Source: a virus
Virus record (IMG/VR): IMGVR_UViG_3300037511_000322
Length of the DNA stretch: 59,526 bases
Strand: one strand, 5' to 3'
Shown: piece after piece, positions 22,985 to 32,215 of the stretch
Position numbering within the stretch: position 1 is the stretch's first letter
Layout: every line of letters starts with the position of its first letter
The notes under the pieces: model-generated
Told to the model about the DNA's origin: nothing
Databases searched by the model: none
Seen by the model: the letters and a program-made list of their open reading frames with translations, nothing else
Position numbers and translations under genes: made by a program

Positions 22985-23341
22985 ATGACCGAGATCTACG
23001 GTTCAAACTACAATCGCCTGACTCCCCGACAGCTCAATGGCTCAGAGTATGGCGGGGTCGGAGAAACTCGGAATACCGTTCAGCCCAAGGGCAGCCCTGA
23101 TGACCTCACACCGGGTGAGGTTCTTCGGCTCGGCTACCTGACCGGTGATACCTCAGATGTTCGCCAGGAAACTGTGCTGAGCCTGGAAGATCACCGTCAG
23201 ATGTTGGGCCTCAAGCCTGCCGGCGATTCCAGGCCGGTATGGCTAGCCAATGCTTCGGCGAGGGTCACCGAGGCTGAGATCCAGGGTGCTCAGTACCCTG
23301 ACGACATGCTGGATGACCCCTACATTCCCGGGGGTTACTGA
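22985..23341 (+). CDS. hypothetical protein (118 aa)
   Basis: AGGAGG RBS. It lies immediately upstream of the large terminase. Confidence 0.55.
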   Translation: MTEIYGSNYNRLTPRQLNGSEYGGVGETRNTVQPKGSPDDLTPGEVLRLGYLTGDTSDVRQETVLSLEDHRQMLGLKPAGDSRPVWLANASARVTEAEIQGAQYPDDMLDDPYIPGGY

Positions 23342-24741
23342 TGCAGCAGCGACCCTCCGGCCTCGTGATCCCTCAGGGTAAGGTCTTCAAGAAGGACCTT
23401 TACTTCCACGAGACCGGGTATCGGCCGCACCGAGGTCAGCGCATCGTTCACTATAGCACCAACGCTCGCCATCGAGTGCTGGTAAACGGACGCCGATGGG
23501 GCAAGACACTCTGCGGGGCCAAGGAAGCCGAGTGCATGGCTTTCATCAAGAATGGCTTCGGTCAACCTCAGATCGGTTGGATCATCGGCCCGGAGTACAC
23601 TGACTGTGAGAAGGAGTTTCGGGTCGTCTACGACTCCCTCCGAGCCTTGGGTGTGGACAAGCTGAGCATGCGCTTCGTCAACAACCCTGACTCCGGCAAC
23701 ATGCACATCAAGACTAAGTGGGGTTTCGACCTCCAGTGCCGATCTGCCCGGCACCCCGAAAGTCTTGTCGGAGAGGGTCTCGACTTCGTTCTCATCGTCG
23801 AAGGCGGCCGACACCGGAGGAAGATGTGGGGTGACTATGTTCGCCCGGCCCTCTCCGACAAGCGAGGTTGGAGCTTTACCTCCGGTGTTCCCGAGGGTGC
23901 TACCGAAACCTCGCTGCTGTACTCGCTGTATCAGCGGGGCCAGGATCCCACGAAGAAGTCGTGGTGGTCCATGCAGATGCCTTCCTGGACCAACGACGTA
24001 ATCTTCCCGGGTGGTCGTAATGACCCCGAGATCGTCGAGGCTCGGGACGACCTTACTGAAGATGAGTTTCGACGCCAGTATGGCGCTGAGTTCGTCGACA
24101 ACATCGGCCGAGTCATGAAAGAGTGGGATGATGACGATCACGTCCACGATCTCACCTACAACCGCAAGTGGCCTCTGTACGCTGCGGTCGACTTCGGCTA
24201 CACGAATGACTGGGTCTGGCTCTGGATCCAAACTGACGAATGGCAGAATGTCTACGTTATCGGGGAGCATCGTTTCCAGCTGCGTGATACCCATGACATT
24301 GCTACCGAGGAGTTCAAGAATCACCCCCTCACTCGGAAGCTCAGTGCTATCTATGTAGACCCTGCCGCTCCTGATGACGCTGCCATCCTGCGTCGGGTAT
24401 TGGACCGCCCGACTATGGCGAATACCGGCGGAGAGCTGAAGACCAGGCTGGCGCTGATCCGGAACTCTTTGAAGTTGCGACCCGCCCATCTACCAGACGG
24501 TCACCCAGAGAAGCGAGCTCAGCTCTGGATTGATCGATCATGTACTCAGCTCATCTTCGAGATGAGGGAGGGCTATCGATGGCCCGAACGTCGATCTGAG
24601 GAGCGCAACGACAGTGAGCTGCCGATGGACCATGACAACCACGGCCCTGAGGCGCTGGGTCGGTTCTACAAGGGCCACATGGAAAAGCGAACCGAGGCTC
24701 GCCGAGCCCGGCAATCCCAAGTAAAGGTGAGGAGGCGTTAA
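23341..24741 (+). CDS. terL: terminase large subunit
   Basis: 466 aa. Walker A-like VLVNGRRWGKT. C-terminal nuclease-like region AAVDFGYTNDW...DHDNHGPEA. It sits directly before the portal gene. Confidence 0.85.
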   Translation: MQQRPSGLVIPQGKVFKKDLYFHETGYRPHRGQRIVHYSTNARHRVLVNGRRWGKTLCGAKEAECMAFIKNGFGQPQIGWIIGPEYTDCEKEFRVVYDSLRALGVDKLSMRFVNNPDSGNMHIKTKWGFDLQCRSARHPESLVGEGLDFVLIVEGGRHRRKMWGDYVRPALSDKRGWSFTSGVPEGATETSLLYSLYQRGQDPTKKSWWSMQMPSWTNDVIFPGGRNDPEIVEARDDLTEDEFRRQYGAEFVDNIGRVMKEWDDDDHVHDLTYNRKWPLYAAVDFGYTNDWVWLWIQTDEWQNVYVIGEHRFQLRDTHDIATEEFKNHPLTRKLSAIYVDPAAPDDAAILRRVLDRPTMANTGGELKTRLALIRNSLKLRPAHLPDGHPEKRAQLWIDRSCTQLIFEMREGYRWPERRSEERNDSELPMDHDNHGPEALGRFYKGHMEKRTEARRARQSQVKVRRR

Positions 24742-24742
24742 C

Positions 24743-26488
24743 GTGGCGACCCCGATTCAGAACAACCTGGGGCCGTACCAGAACGTCCTCATGCTCGGCG
24801 GTATGGATGGCTTCCACTGGTTGCCTCAGAAGGACCGAGAGCGAGCCCAAGCTTACCAGAAGTACGATCAGGTATACTGGAACGATTACAACCAGTACCC
24901 GATCCGATATCTGGTTGGTGAGTTCCCCGTCTATATCCCGAACCCTCGGACCCTGGTCGACACGACCGCGCATTACTACCTCAAGGGTCTGACCGTCTCG
25001 GTGAAAGAGCCTGAGAAGAACAAGGCCACCGCTGAGGCGCTGAAGCAGTTCCTTCGACGTGAGATGTTCCTGTCTCGATTCCACACCGCGAAGCATACCG
25101 GGGTGACCCGGGGTGACTACTGCTTCCACCTGACTGCTGACCCGGACAAGGCTGAGGGTCGAAAGCTCTCGCTGAACGCGGTACACCCCGGCAAGGTCAT
25201 CCTCGATGAGGATCCAGACAACTGCGATCGAATCATCAGAGTCCACTTGGTTGAGCGAGTGCCCCATCCTCAGAAGGAGGGGGAGTGGGCAGTCAGGGAA
25301 CTCGTCTACTGGTATGATGACGGCGACAGTGATGCCGAAGACACCGGTGATATTCCCTACCCCGATCAAGCGGTCAGGGAAGAGCCTGAGGATCGCGAGA
25401 ATGGCCCTAAGCGGGTCGTCATGCGCGAGGAGCGACTCTGGTCGACCAATAAGCCGTGGTGGGATAAGGAAGATCGGGAGCTCATCCAGACCACCTTGCC
25501 GGCGGAGGCTCTCCCAGAGCCGATCGATACCATCCCAGTCTACTGGTTCACGAACCTTGGCTGGGACAACGGCCCCTATGGGTATTCCGAGTTCCGGGGC
25601 TTCGAGCGCACCTTCCAGAGCATCAGCCAGGTCACTACCGACCAGGGTACCTCGCTCAGCCTCGAAGGTCTGGGTGTCTACGCGACCGACGGCGGTAAGC
25701 CGGTCGACAGCAAAGGCACCGAGCAGGAATGGGAGATCGGCCCCGGCAAGGTGATGGAAGTCCCCAACGGGTCTTACTTCCGTCGAGTCGAGGGTGTGGG
25801 ATCGGTCAAGCCGAACATCGACCACATCGACTACCTGGAAGCTAAGATTCGTGAGGCGGGAGGCCTCTCGGATGTTGCTCTGGGCCGAGTCGATGTGCAG
25901 ACGGCTAGCTCCGGTATTGCCCTGGCCATCAAGTTCATGCCTACGCTTGCCAAGCTCGATGAGCGCGACAAGACTGGTATCGATCGCCTCACCCAGTTGT
26001 TCTTCGACTGGCTCAAGTGGTACGAGGCTTACGAGGGTACTAAGCTCGAGGGAGAGATTGAGGTCACCATTGGTGATAAGCTCCCCACCGACCGCACCGG
26101 CCGGATCAACGAGCTGAACAACATGATCGATCGAGGCGTCATCTCGAAGCAGTACTATCGCGCCGAGATGCAGAAGCTTGGCTTCGAGTTTCCAGACGAC
26201 ATCGAAGACCAGATTGACCAGGAGAAGCAGAAAGAAGCCGAACAGAAGGCTTTGGCTGCACCTCCAGGTCTGCAAGAGAATGCGGTCGATGCTTCTTCCG
26301 GGCAGAAGCCCCCGCCGCCTGGTAACCAGCCAGGTCAAGTGGCTGAGAAGAAGACGGTGATCAACCGCAGCAACAACAAGGCCCGGCCCAACGAATCTGG
26401 TGGGACCGAGGCCAATCAGAAGGTCGGTAGCCAGGCGAGGGGCGGGAGGCCCACCGTCAGTAAGCGCGTACCAACCGCAGCGAAGTAA
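24743..26488 (+). CDS. portal protein
   Basis: 581 aa, directly after terL and before the scaffold. Called from size, position and a low-complexity C-terminal tail. Confidence 0.75.
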   Translation: MATPIQNNLGPYQNVLMLGGMDGFHWLPQKDRERAQAYQKYDQVYWNDYNQYPIRYLVGEFPVYIPNPRTLVDTTAHYYLKGLTVSVKEPEKNKATAEALKQFLRREMFLSRFHTAKHTGVTRGDYCFHLTADPDKAEGRKLSLNAVHPGKVILDEDPDNCDRIIRVHLVERVPHPQKEGEWAVRELVYWYDDGDSDAEDTGDIPYPDQAVREEPEDRENGPKRVVMREERLWSTNKPWWDKEDRELIQTTLPAEALPEPIDTIPVYWFTNLGWDNGPYGYSEFRGFERTFQSISQVTTDQGTSLSLEGLGVYATDGGKPVDSKGTEQEWEIGPGKVMEVPNGSYFRRVEGVGSVKPNIDHIDYLEAKIREAGGLSDVALGRVDVQTASSGIALAIKFMPTLAKLDERDKTGIDRLTQLFFDWLKWYEAYEGTKLEGEIEVTIGDKLPTDRTGRINELNNMIDRGVISKQYYRAEMQKLGFEFPDDIEDQIDQEKQKEAEQKALAAPPGLQENAVDASSGQKPPPPGNQPGQVAEKKTVINRSNNKARPNESGGTEANQKVGSQARGGRPTVSKRVPTAAK

Positions 26489-26525
26489 GCCGGGGCGGGA
26501 TGCCCCCTAACATAAGGAGCGCGGG

Positions 26526-27233
26526 ATGCGGCTCACTCGGAAGAACTGGTGGACTTACCTGACCCAGCCGATCGTCGGCTTCGACGAGGGCCAGGGCGCG
26601 GGATCGGGTGAATCGGGGCAGGGCTCAAGCGAAGGCGCGAATGGCGCTGGGGAAGGCTCTGAGGCAGGCCAGGGATCGGCAGGTACCGGCACTGAGGGTG
26701 CGGGGGCCAGCGAAGACGTCTCGGGCCTCAAGAGCGCGCTGCAGAAGGAGCGCGAGGAGAAGAAGGCTCTCGAGAAGGAGCTCAAGACCTTCCGCAAGAG
26801 CAAGGAAGACCGAGAGCTCGCCGAGAAGACCGAGGTGGATCAGGCAACCACCAAGGCCCGGAAGGCCGAGGAGAAGGCTGCCAAGCTCGCCGAGGGGTTC
26901 CGCAAGAACGCGGTGAACCAGGCTATCCTCAAGGCGGCTGGCGCCGCGAAGTTCCGTGACCCATCCGATGCTCTGAGGCCGGAAGTCCTTGCTGCCGTTG
27001 GTGTGGAGCAGGATGAGGACGACCCCACGGAGATCACCATCGACGAGAAGTCTGTGACCGAGGCGATCAAGAAGCTCGCCCGATCCAAGCCTCACTACCT
27101 GGCTACCGAGGACAAGCAGCGCCAGACGCCCAAGTCGGGCTCCCAGTTCGGGGGCTCGGGCAACCAGTCCAACCTGACGGCCGACGAGCAGGCACTCGCC
27201 AAGAAGTACCCCGCGCTCGGACGACGTTTCTGA
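26526..27233 (+). CDS. scaffolding protein
   Basis: Gly/Ser/Glu-rich N-terminus followed by a charged coiled coil (KSALQKEREEKKALEKELKTFRK). It lies between the portal and capsid genes. Confidence 0.65.
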   Translation: MRLTRKNWWTYLTQPIVGFDEGQGAGSGESGQGSSEGANGAGEGSEAGQGSAGTGTEGAGASEDVSGLKSALQKEREEKKALEKELKTFRKSKEDRELAEKTEVDQATTKARKAEEKAAKLAEGFRKNAVNQAILKAAGAAKFRDPSDALRPEVLAAVGVEQDEDDPTEITIDEKSVTEAIKKLARSKPHYLATEDKQRQTPKSGSQFGGSGNQSNLTADEQALAKKYPALGRRF

Positions 27234-27255
27234 CACAGAAGGGGAGCTAGTCACC

Positions 27256-27705
27256 ATGGCTGCTCGCTACGACAAGTACGAACCGATCGCCGGCGGTTTC
27301 CGTGCACCTCTCGCCGCCGACCTGACCTTCGACTCCGCTGGCCACTTCGGCCCGAAGGCGGTGTCGCTCAATGCGAGCGGCCAGGTGGTCGTCGGTACCG
27401 CCGGCCAGTCCGGTGGAGTCGGCATCCTGATCAAGAACGTGCCGCTCTACCCCGGCCTGGGTAACGTCCCGGGTGCCATCAATGCCGGAGTGCCGGTGGG
27501 TGGCAAGGCCGGCAACATCGTCGATGTGATGACCAACGGCGAGATCGTCAGCATCACCGGGCTCGCCGCGGGTACTACCTACTACGCACAGGCCGACGGC
27601 TCTCTCACGGCCACCGCTCCCGCGGCCGGCGTGAACGGATACAAGGTCGGTCACACGGTCGAGGCCGACCGCCTCGTGGTCCGCTTCGAGCGGGTCCAGG
27701 GCTGA
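27256..27705 (+). CDS. head decoration / DUF2190-like protein
   Basis: 149 aa, Gly/Ala/Val-rich, immediately upstream of the major capsid gene in a lambda D/E-like arrangement. Confidence 0.5.
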   Translation: MAARYDKYEPIAGGFRAPLAADLTFDSAGHFGPKAVSLNASGQVVVGTAGQSGGVGILIKNVPLYPGLGNVPGAINAGVPVGGKAGNIVDVMTNGEIVSITGLAAGTTYYAQADGSLTATAPAAGVNGYKVGHTVEADRLVVRFERVQG

Positions 27706-27748
27706 CCCCCGTTCCCACTGACCTTCGAGGAGTAAGGACCTCCACACG

Positions 27749-28930
27749 ATGAACAGCCTTCTCAAGCTCTCTGCCCGGCAGCGACTGCTGCTGGCGAACA
27801 GCATCCACGGCTTCGACGGGCCAGGCAACCAGGGCGGCTACAATGAGCGTGCCGACGTCCTGGTCTCGGCCGCAGACGGCTCCGATCTCAACGAGATCTG
27901 GACCGAGATCCAGCAGACCCTGGCGGTCTGGAACCGGGACCGTGAGTCCCTGGTTTCCAAGCTGATCTACCGGGTTACCGACCCGATCGAGCACGTGGGC
28001 GTGCCCGGATCTACCGACTTCGAGGAAGCCTCGGAGTACGGTCAGCCTCGCGGGCAGTCCGGGTACAGCTACTACAACCGTGGCTACGACTTCAAGTTCT
28101 ACGATCTGGCCATGCGGTTCACCTGGATGTTCCTCGCCGAGGCCGGCCAGGATCAGATCCGCAACCTGACCAACCAGGCGCTGGAAGCCGACGAGCGCCT
28201 GCGGTTCAACAAGGTCATGAAGACGGTCTTCAACCCGACGAACCTCCAGGGCATCGCTGACAAGAACATTCCGACCACAGTCGTCAAGTTCTACAACGGC
28301 GACGGCGAAGTTCCGCCGGTCTTCAAGACCAACACCTTCACTGGGTCGCACACGCACTACAGCACCACCCAGACGCTCGCTGCCTCGGCGACGCTGACCT
28401 CCGGAGTCATCGACGCGGTCGAGGACGACTTCTACTCCCACGGCTACACCCCTCAGCAGTCCGGTACGAAGCTGGTGCTGATGGTGAGCCGGCAGGAGGG
28501 CAAGATCATCCGCGGCTTCAAGGTCGCCACCGGTGCGAAGTACGACTTCATCCCCAGCTCGAACTACGGCGGCGGTATCTTCCTGCCCCAGAACGGCGGG
28601 GTCATCGCTCGGCCGGGTGGGGAGATCGAGGAAGAGATCGGTACCTATGGTCCTTTCCACATCGTGGAGGATCTGTACATCCCCTCTGGCTACCTCGCCT
28701 TCTTCGCCTCGGGTGGCGACTTCAACATCAACAACCCGATCGGCTACCGCGAGCACACCAATCCGGCGTACCAGGGCCTGAAGATCATCCCCGGTTCGCG
28801 CTCCGACTACCCGCTGACCGACTCGTTCTTCCGTCGCGGCTTCGGCACCGGCGTTCGGCAGCGAGGGGCGGGCTTCCTGGTTCAGGTCACGAACTCCGCG
28901 ACCTACACCGTCCCGAGCATCTACGCCTGA
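27749..28930 (+). CDS. major capsid protein
   Basis: 393 aa, with very strong codon bias. Its position after the scaffold and decoration genes, and a stem-loop after its stop, support the call. Confidence 0.75.
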   Translation: MNSLLKLSARQRLLLANSIHGFDGPGNQGGYNERADVLVSAADGSDLNEIWTEIQQTLAVWNRDRESLVSKLIYRVTDPIEHVGVPGSTDFEEASEYGQPRGQSGYSYYNRGYDFKFYDLAMRFTWMFLAEAGQDQIRNLTNQALEADERLRFNKVMKTVFNPTNLQGIADKNIPTTVVKFYNGDGEVPPVFKTNTFTGSHTHYSTTQTLAASATLTSGVIDAVEDDFYSHGYTPQQSGTKLVLMVSRQEGKIIRGFKVATGAKYDFIPSSNYGGGIFLPQNGGVIARPGGEIEEEIGTYGPFHIVEDLYIPSGYLAFFASGGDFNINNPIGYREHTNPAYQGLKIIPGSRSDYPLTDSFFRRGFGTGVRQRGAGFLVQVTNSATYTVPSIYA

Positions 28931-28936
28931 TGAGCT

Positions 28937-28970
28937 GCTGGGGACAGGTAGTCCACGGCCTGTCCCCAGC
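28937..28970 (+). terminator. 12-bp perfect stem-loop after the capsid gene (attenuator or mRNA stabiliser)
   Basis: GCTGGGGACAGG-N10-CCTGTCCCCAGC. There is no U-tract. Confidence 0.5.
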
Positions 28971-28988
28971 TCGAACTGAGGAGCACCA

Positions 28989-29312
28989 GTGGCCAAGAAG
29001 GACCCGCTCGACCAGATCGTTGATGAACTGGTCGTCTTCAAGCACGAGGACATCAACCACCCTCAGCGATACTTCAGCAACAACCCGATGTGGAACGACG
29101 GCCGCATTCGGGAGCGCTGGATGGAGCTCTACTCCGACGAGGCCATCGCCGACGCCGAGAGGGATCCCGAGGTCGAGGAATATGAGGAACCCGACTACGA
29201 GAACTGGAAGAACGACGATCTCCGCGCCGAGCTCGCCGGCCGTGAGCTCTCGGTCGAGGGCACCAAGGTCCAGCTGATCGCCCGGCTCCGCGAGGACGAC
29301 GCGAAGGAGTAA
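28989..29312 (+). CDS. hypothetical protein with a C-terminal SAP/HeH-like motif
   Basis: GTG start. NDDLRAELAGRELSVEGTKVQLIARLRE resembles a SAP / Rho-N helix-extended-helix. Confidence 0.5.
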   Translation: MAKKDPLDQIVDELVVFKHEDINHPQRYFSNNPMWNDGRIRERWMELYSDEAIADAERDPEVEEYEEPDYENWKNDDLRAELAGRELSVEGTKVQLIARLREDDAKE

Positions 29313-29315
29313 GCC

Positions 29316-29648
29316 ATGGCTACCCCGCCCACTGTGATGGACTTGCTTCGGCTGTACATCGACGATGTCATGCCAACTGACGGCAGCAATCCGATGTTCA
29401 CCGATGCCGAGCTCCAGCAAGCTCTGGACAATGCACAACAGGACCCGGAGAGGGCGGCGGTCGAGGGCTGGCGATGGAAGGCCGCGAAGTACTCGGCACT
29501 CGTCGATGTGACCGAGGGCAACGCCTCTCGAGCCATGTCGGATCTCCAGGACCATGCCCTCGCCATGGTTACTCACTTCTCGAGGTCGAGCTCCGGCCCC
29601 ACCGAGGGTCGGACTCGGATCGGTACCATCCGTAGGAGGAGCTTCTAA
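29316..29648 (+). CDS. head-tail adaptor (connector) protein
   Basis: Called from position and size (110 aa) after the capsid gene. Confidence 0.5.
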   Translation: MATPPTVMDLLRLYIDDVMPTDGSNPMFTDAELQQALDNAQQDPERAAVEGWRWKAAKYSALVDVTEGNASRAMSDLQDHALAMVTHFSRSSSGPTEGRTRIGTIRRRSF

Positions 29649-29649
29649 C

Positions 29650-30051
29650 ATGGACGCCAAGATGGCCCCGTATTTGCGGAAGGTCATGACGGCGTTCATC
29701 GAAGCTGACGGTCGCTCCATCACATTGAGGCGGCCGACCTTCACGAAGACACCTACCGGGGGCTACGTCAAGGGTAACTACCAGACGTTGTCCCCGCAGG
29801 TGTTCCGCTTGGTCATGTACCGGCGGCGCCTCACCGATCTCACCACACCAAAGGCTGACGGCGAAGTGCCGACACTTCCGTATGTGTTGGTGGGAGCATT
29901 TGATAGCGATGTTGAGCGAATGGATGAGTTCGTGCTTGACGGGGTCTATTATCGTATCCAGGGGCTGGAGCCCCATACGACAACCCCATTCACGGACCGG
30001 AAGGTAGCTCAGCTGATCGCCCTGGACCAGGAGGGTGTGACATGGGCTTGA
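29650..30051 (+). CDS. head closure / head-tail joining protein
   Basis: Start at MDAKMAPYL, directly after the upstream stop. Called from position. Confidence 0.5.
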   Translation: MDAKMAPYLRKVMTAFIEADGRSITLRRPTFTKTPTGGYVKGNYQTLSPQVFRLVMYRRRLTDLTTPKADGEVPTLPYVLVGAFDSDVERMDEFVLDGVYYRIQGLEPHTTTPFTDRKVAQLIALDQEGVTWA

Positions 30052-30398
30052 GCGGCATTTTCATGCGAAACAGCTTGAATGCGGGTATTGCCGCCGCCGC
30101 AATGTCCTTCCCCCACCACCTGGAAGAAGAGGTACTCGATACCGCGGTCGAGGCTCTCGAGTATGCTAAAGAGAATGCTCCCTGGGAAGATCGTACGGGA
30201 GATGCTCGAGACGGCCTCGACGTAGACGTCAGGTGGGAGAGCCATGAGATTGTGTGGGAAATGTTCCATACAGTTGACTACGGCATCTACCTGGAAACCC
30301 GATGGAACGGCAAGTTCGCCATCATCATGCCCACCCTCGAGATGTTCTCTCCGGAGATCGGTCGAGGGCTAAGCGAGAGTGGTGGCAGCTATGGCTGA
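30042..30398 (+). CDS. HK97 gp10-like neck / tail-completion protein
   Basis: APWEDRTGDARDGL resembles the W.DRTG motif of the gp10 family. Confidence 0.6.
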   Translation: MGLSGIFMRNSLNAGIAAAAMSFPHHLEEEVLDTAVEALEYAKENAPWEDRTGDARDGLDVDVRWESHEIVWEMFHTVDYGIYLETRWNGKFAIIMPTLEMFSPEIGRGLSESGGSYG

Positions 30399-30795
30399 CA
30401 TCCGAGCTTGGGTACATACTCGGCTAACCACCTATGCTCCGCTGGTAGCAGTCGTGGGTGACCGAGTCATGCAGCAGGGGGCAGTTCTCTCTGCTCAGAC
30501 CATCAAGCCCTATCTTGTGCATCACTTCGGCAACAATACTGACGAGGGGATGTATGACGAGGATGATCGTCGTCCGAATCGTCAGTTCCTTCAGGTCTAC
30601 GTCCACTCGGCCCAGGGTGACTTCGGCCCGGTGGATGACCTCATCCCGCTGGTGAAGGATGCACTCACCAGCCTCGAAGGCAGGCCCGACAACTTGATCC
30701 ATGTGCAGTACCTTGAGACGAGCCAGGATCTTCAGGACGACCTGCTTCAGACGTACTTCCGATACATCCGCTTCCAGCTCATACTCGCGAGGTAA
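30391..30795 (+). CDS. tail terminator / completion protein
   Basis: Start at MADIRAW. Called from position before the major tail gene. Confidence 0.5.
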   Translation: MADIRAWVHTRLTTYAPLVAVVGDRVMQQGAVLSAQTIKPYLVHHFGNNTDEGMYDEDDRRPNRQFLQVYVHSAQGDFGPVDDLIPLVKDALTSLEGRPDNLIHVQYLETSQDLQDDLLQTYFRYIRFQLILAR

Positions 30796-30797
30796 AC

Positions 30798-31130
30798 ATG
30801 GCCAAGCTCAAGTACATCGGAACCTCCCACTTCCGAGAACTGCTCGCAGAGGATCTCGCCAAGGTAGGTGTGGAGATCGAGGGGGCTCTGGTCTTCGCTC
30901 GTGGCGAGGCCACCGAGGTAGCTGACGACATCGCTGAGGGTATCCACAAGCTGCTGGGCGACGAGTTCCAGAAGGTCCGCAAGGACACCAAGGAGGCTGT
31001 TCGTGATCTCACGGTCGACGAGCCGGCTCCACCCCAGGTTCAGGATGTGCCGCCTGCTACCGACTGGGTCAGCCGAGTGCAGCAGCCGGTCGACGCCGAT
31101 ACGGCCAATCAGCCCGAAGCGACGATCTGA
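30798..31130 (+). CDS. hypothetical protein (110 aa)
   Basis: ORF in the structural operon. Confidence 0.5.
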   Translation: MAKLKYIGTSHFRELLAEDLAKVGVEIEGALVFARGEATEVADDIAEGIHKLLGDEFQKVRKDTKEAVRDLTVDEPAPPQVQDVPPATDWVSRVQQPVDADTANQPEATI

Positions 31131-31253
31131 TCAGGCGCGCAATCGCTTCTTAGAGAGGCGCAGGGAAGTTCCTGCATAATCGAGCACCCACTTAGGGCGT
31201 CACTCGATGCGCCATCATGCCTTCGCCCTTACGGACTCACCTGGAGCTTCACC

Positions 31254-31463
31254 ATGATTGAGCTTCGATGCGGTGGGACCATGCACGGCAAGCTGAACAT
31301 CCACGAGGGCAAGCTCGAAGTCAAGTGCGGTCGTCGAGGGTGCGGGGCTGGTCGGGGAATAGTGGTCCTCCACACCTTCGACATCACTACTGGAGAACTG
31401 GTCGGCACGAAACAGTTCGCCGATCCTGCCAAGAAAGAGGAACTGAGTTATGGCACTCGGTAA
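31254..31463 (+). CDS. small Com-like zinc-finger protein (69 aa)
   Basis: MIELRCGGTMHGKLNIHEGKLEVKCGRRGCG loosely resembles the Mu Com layout (RC....leIKC.rC). Confidence 0.4.
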   Translation: MIELRCGGTMHGKLNIHEGKLEVKCGRRGCGAGRGIVVLHTFDITTGELVGTKQFADPAKKEELSYGTR

Positions 31464-31989
31464 CACCTTGCCCTTCGGGCTGAGGGACGTCAAGCTCTGG
31501 GCTCTGGACAACACCGGTGCCCGTACCGGAACTGGAGTCGATCTGCCGGTCAGCCGTACCTTCTCGTTCAAGGAGACTACCTCCTCGGAACAGCTGGTTG
31601 GCGACGATGTGGTCCAGGGGTCCCACGAGTACAACCCCATCGTGGAGTGGGAGCTGGAGGCGGGTGGTTACTCCCTCGAAGCCTATGCCATTCTCGCCGG
31701 CGGCACCGTCACCTCATCGGGTACGACTCCGTCGCAGATCAAGACCTATTCCAAGAAGACCACGGATGCTCGTCCCTACTTCGAGGTCGAGGGCCAGGCC
31801 ATCTCCGACAGCGGCGGCGATATGCACGCCGTGGTCTACCGGTGCAAGTGCGACGGCGACCTGGATGGCAAGTTCGAGAACGGCAACTTCGCCATGACCA
31901 AGGCCAGCGGCAAGGGATATGGCCGCCTCGACAACGGCAAGCTGTACGACTTCGTCCAGAACGAGACCGCAACCGCGATCACTGCCTGA
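31450..31989 (+). CDS. major tail protein
   Basis: 179 aa, upstream of the chaperone pair and tape measure. A strong terminator follows. Confidence 0.65.
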   Translation: MALGNTLPFGLRDVKLWALDNTGARTGTGVDLPVSRTFSFKETTSSEQLVGDDVVQGSHEYNPIVEWELEAGGYSLEAYAILAGGTVTSSGTTPSQIKTYSKKTTDARPYFEVEGQAISDSGGDMHAVVYRCKCDGDLDGKFENGNFAMTKASGKGYGRLDNGKLYDFVQNETATAITA

Positions 31990-32006
31990 TCCACACAGCC
32001 ACGGTC

Positions 32007-32030
32007 AAAAATTGGGTCGACCCAATTTTT
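32007..32030. terminator. perfect 24-nt palindrome, candidate bidirectional intrinsic terminator
   Basis: AAAAATTGGGTC|GACCCAATTTTT, 18 nt after the major tail gene stop. Confidence 0.7.
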
Positions 32031-32083
32031 CATGATCAGAAGGCTAAAAAGTTGGGTGCCATAGGGCAGCCACCCCCAGAAAA

Positions 32084-32124
32084 TTGACGTTGACATTGAC
32101 AGCCCATCAGCTCACTGATAGGGC
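32084..32124 (+). promoter_or_regulatory. three overlapping TTGAC(G/A) boxes plus a possible -10
   Basis: TTGACGTTGACATTGACA (32084..32101), then N17, then TAGGGC (32119..32124). Confidence 0.35.
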
Positions 32125-32215
32125 ATGTCAAAATGTCATACGTAACAATTTCCCTCTGCGGGTAGGCATGCCCGGAGGCCCTGACCACTAAGTACTAACT
32201 CTCAACTCAAAAGGA

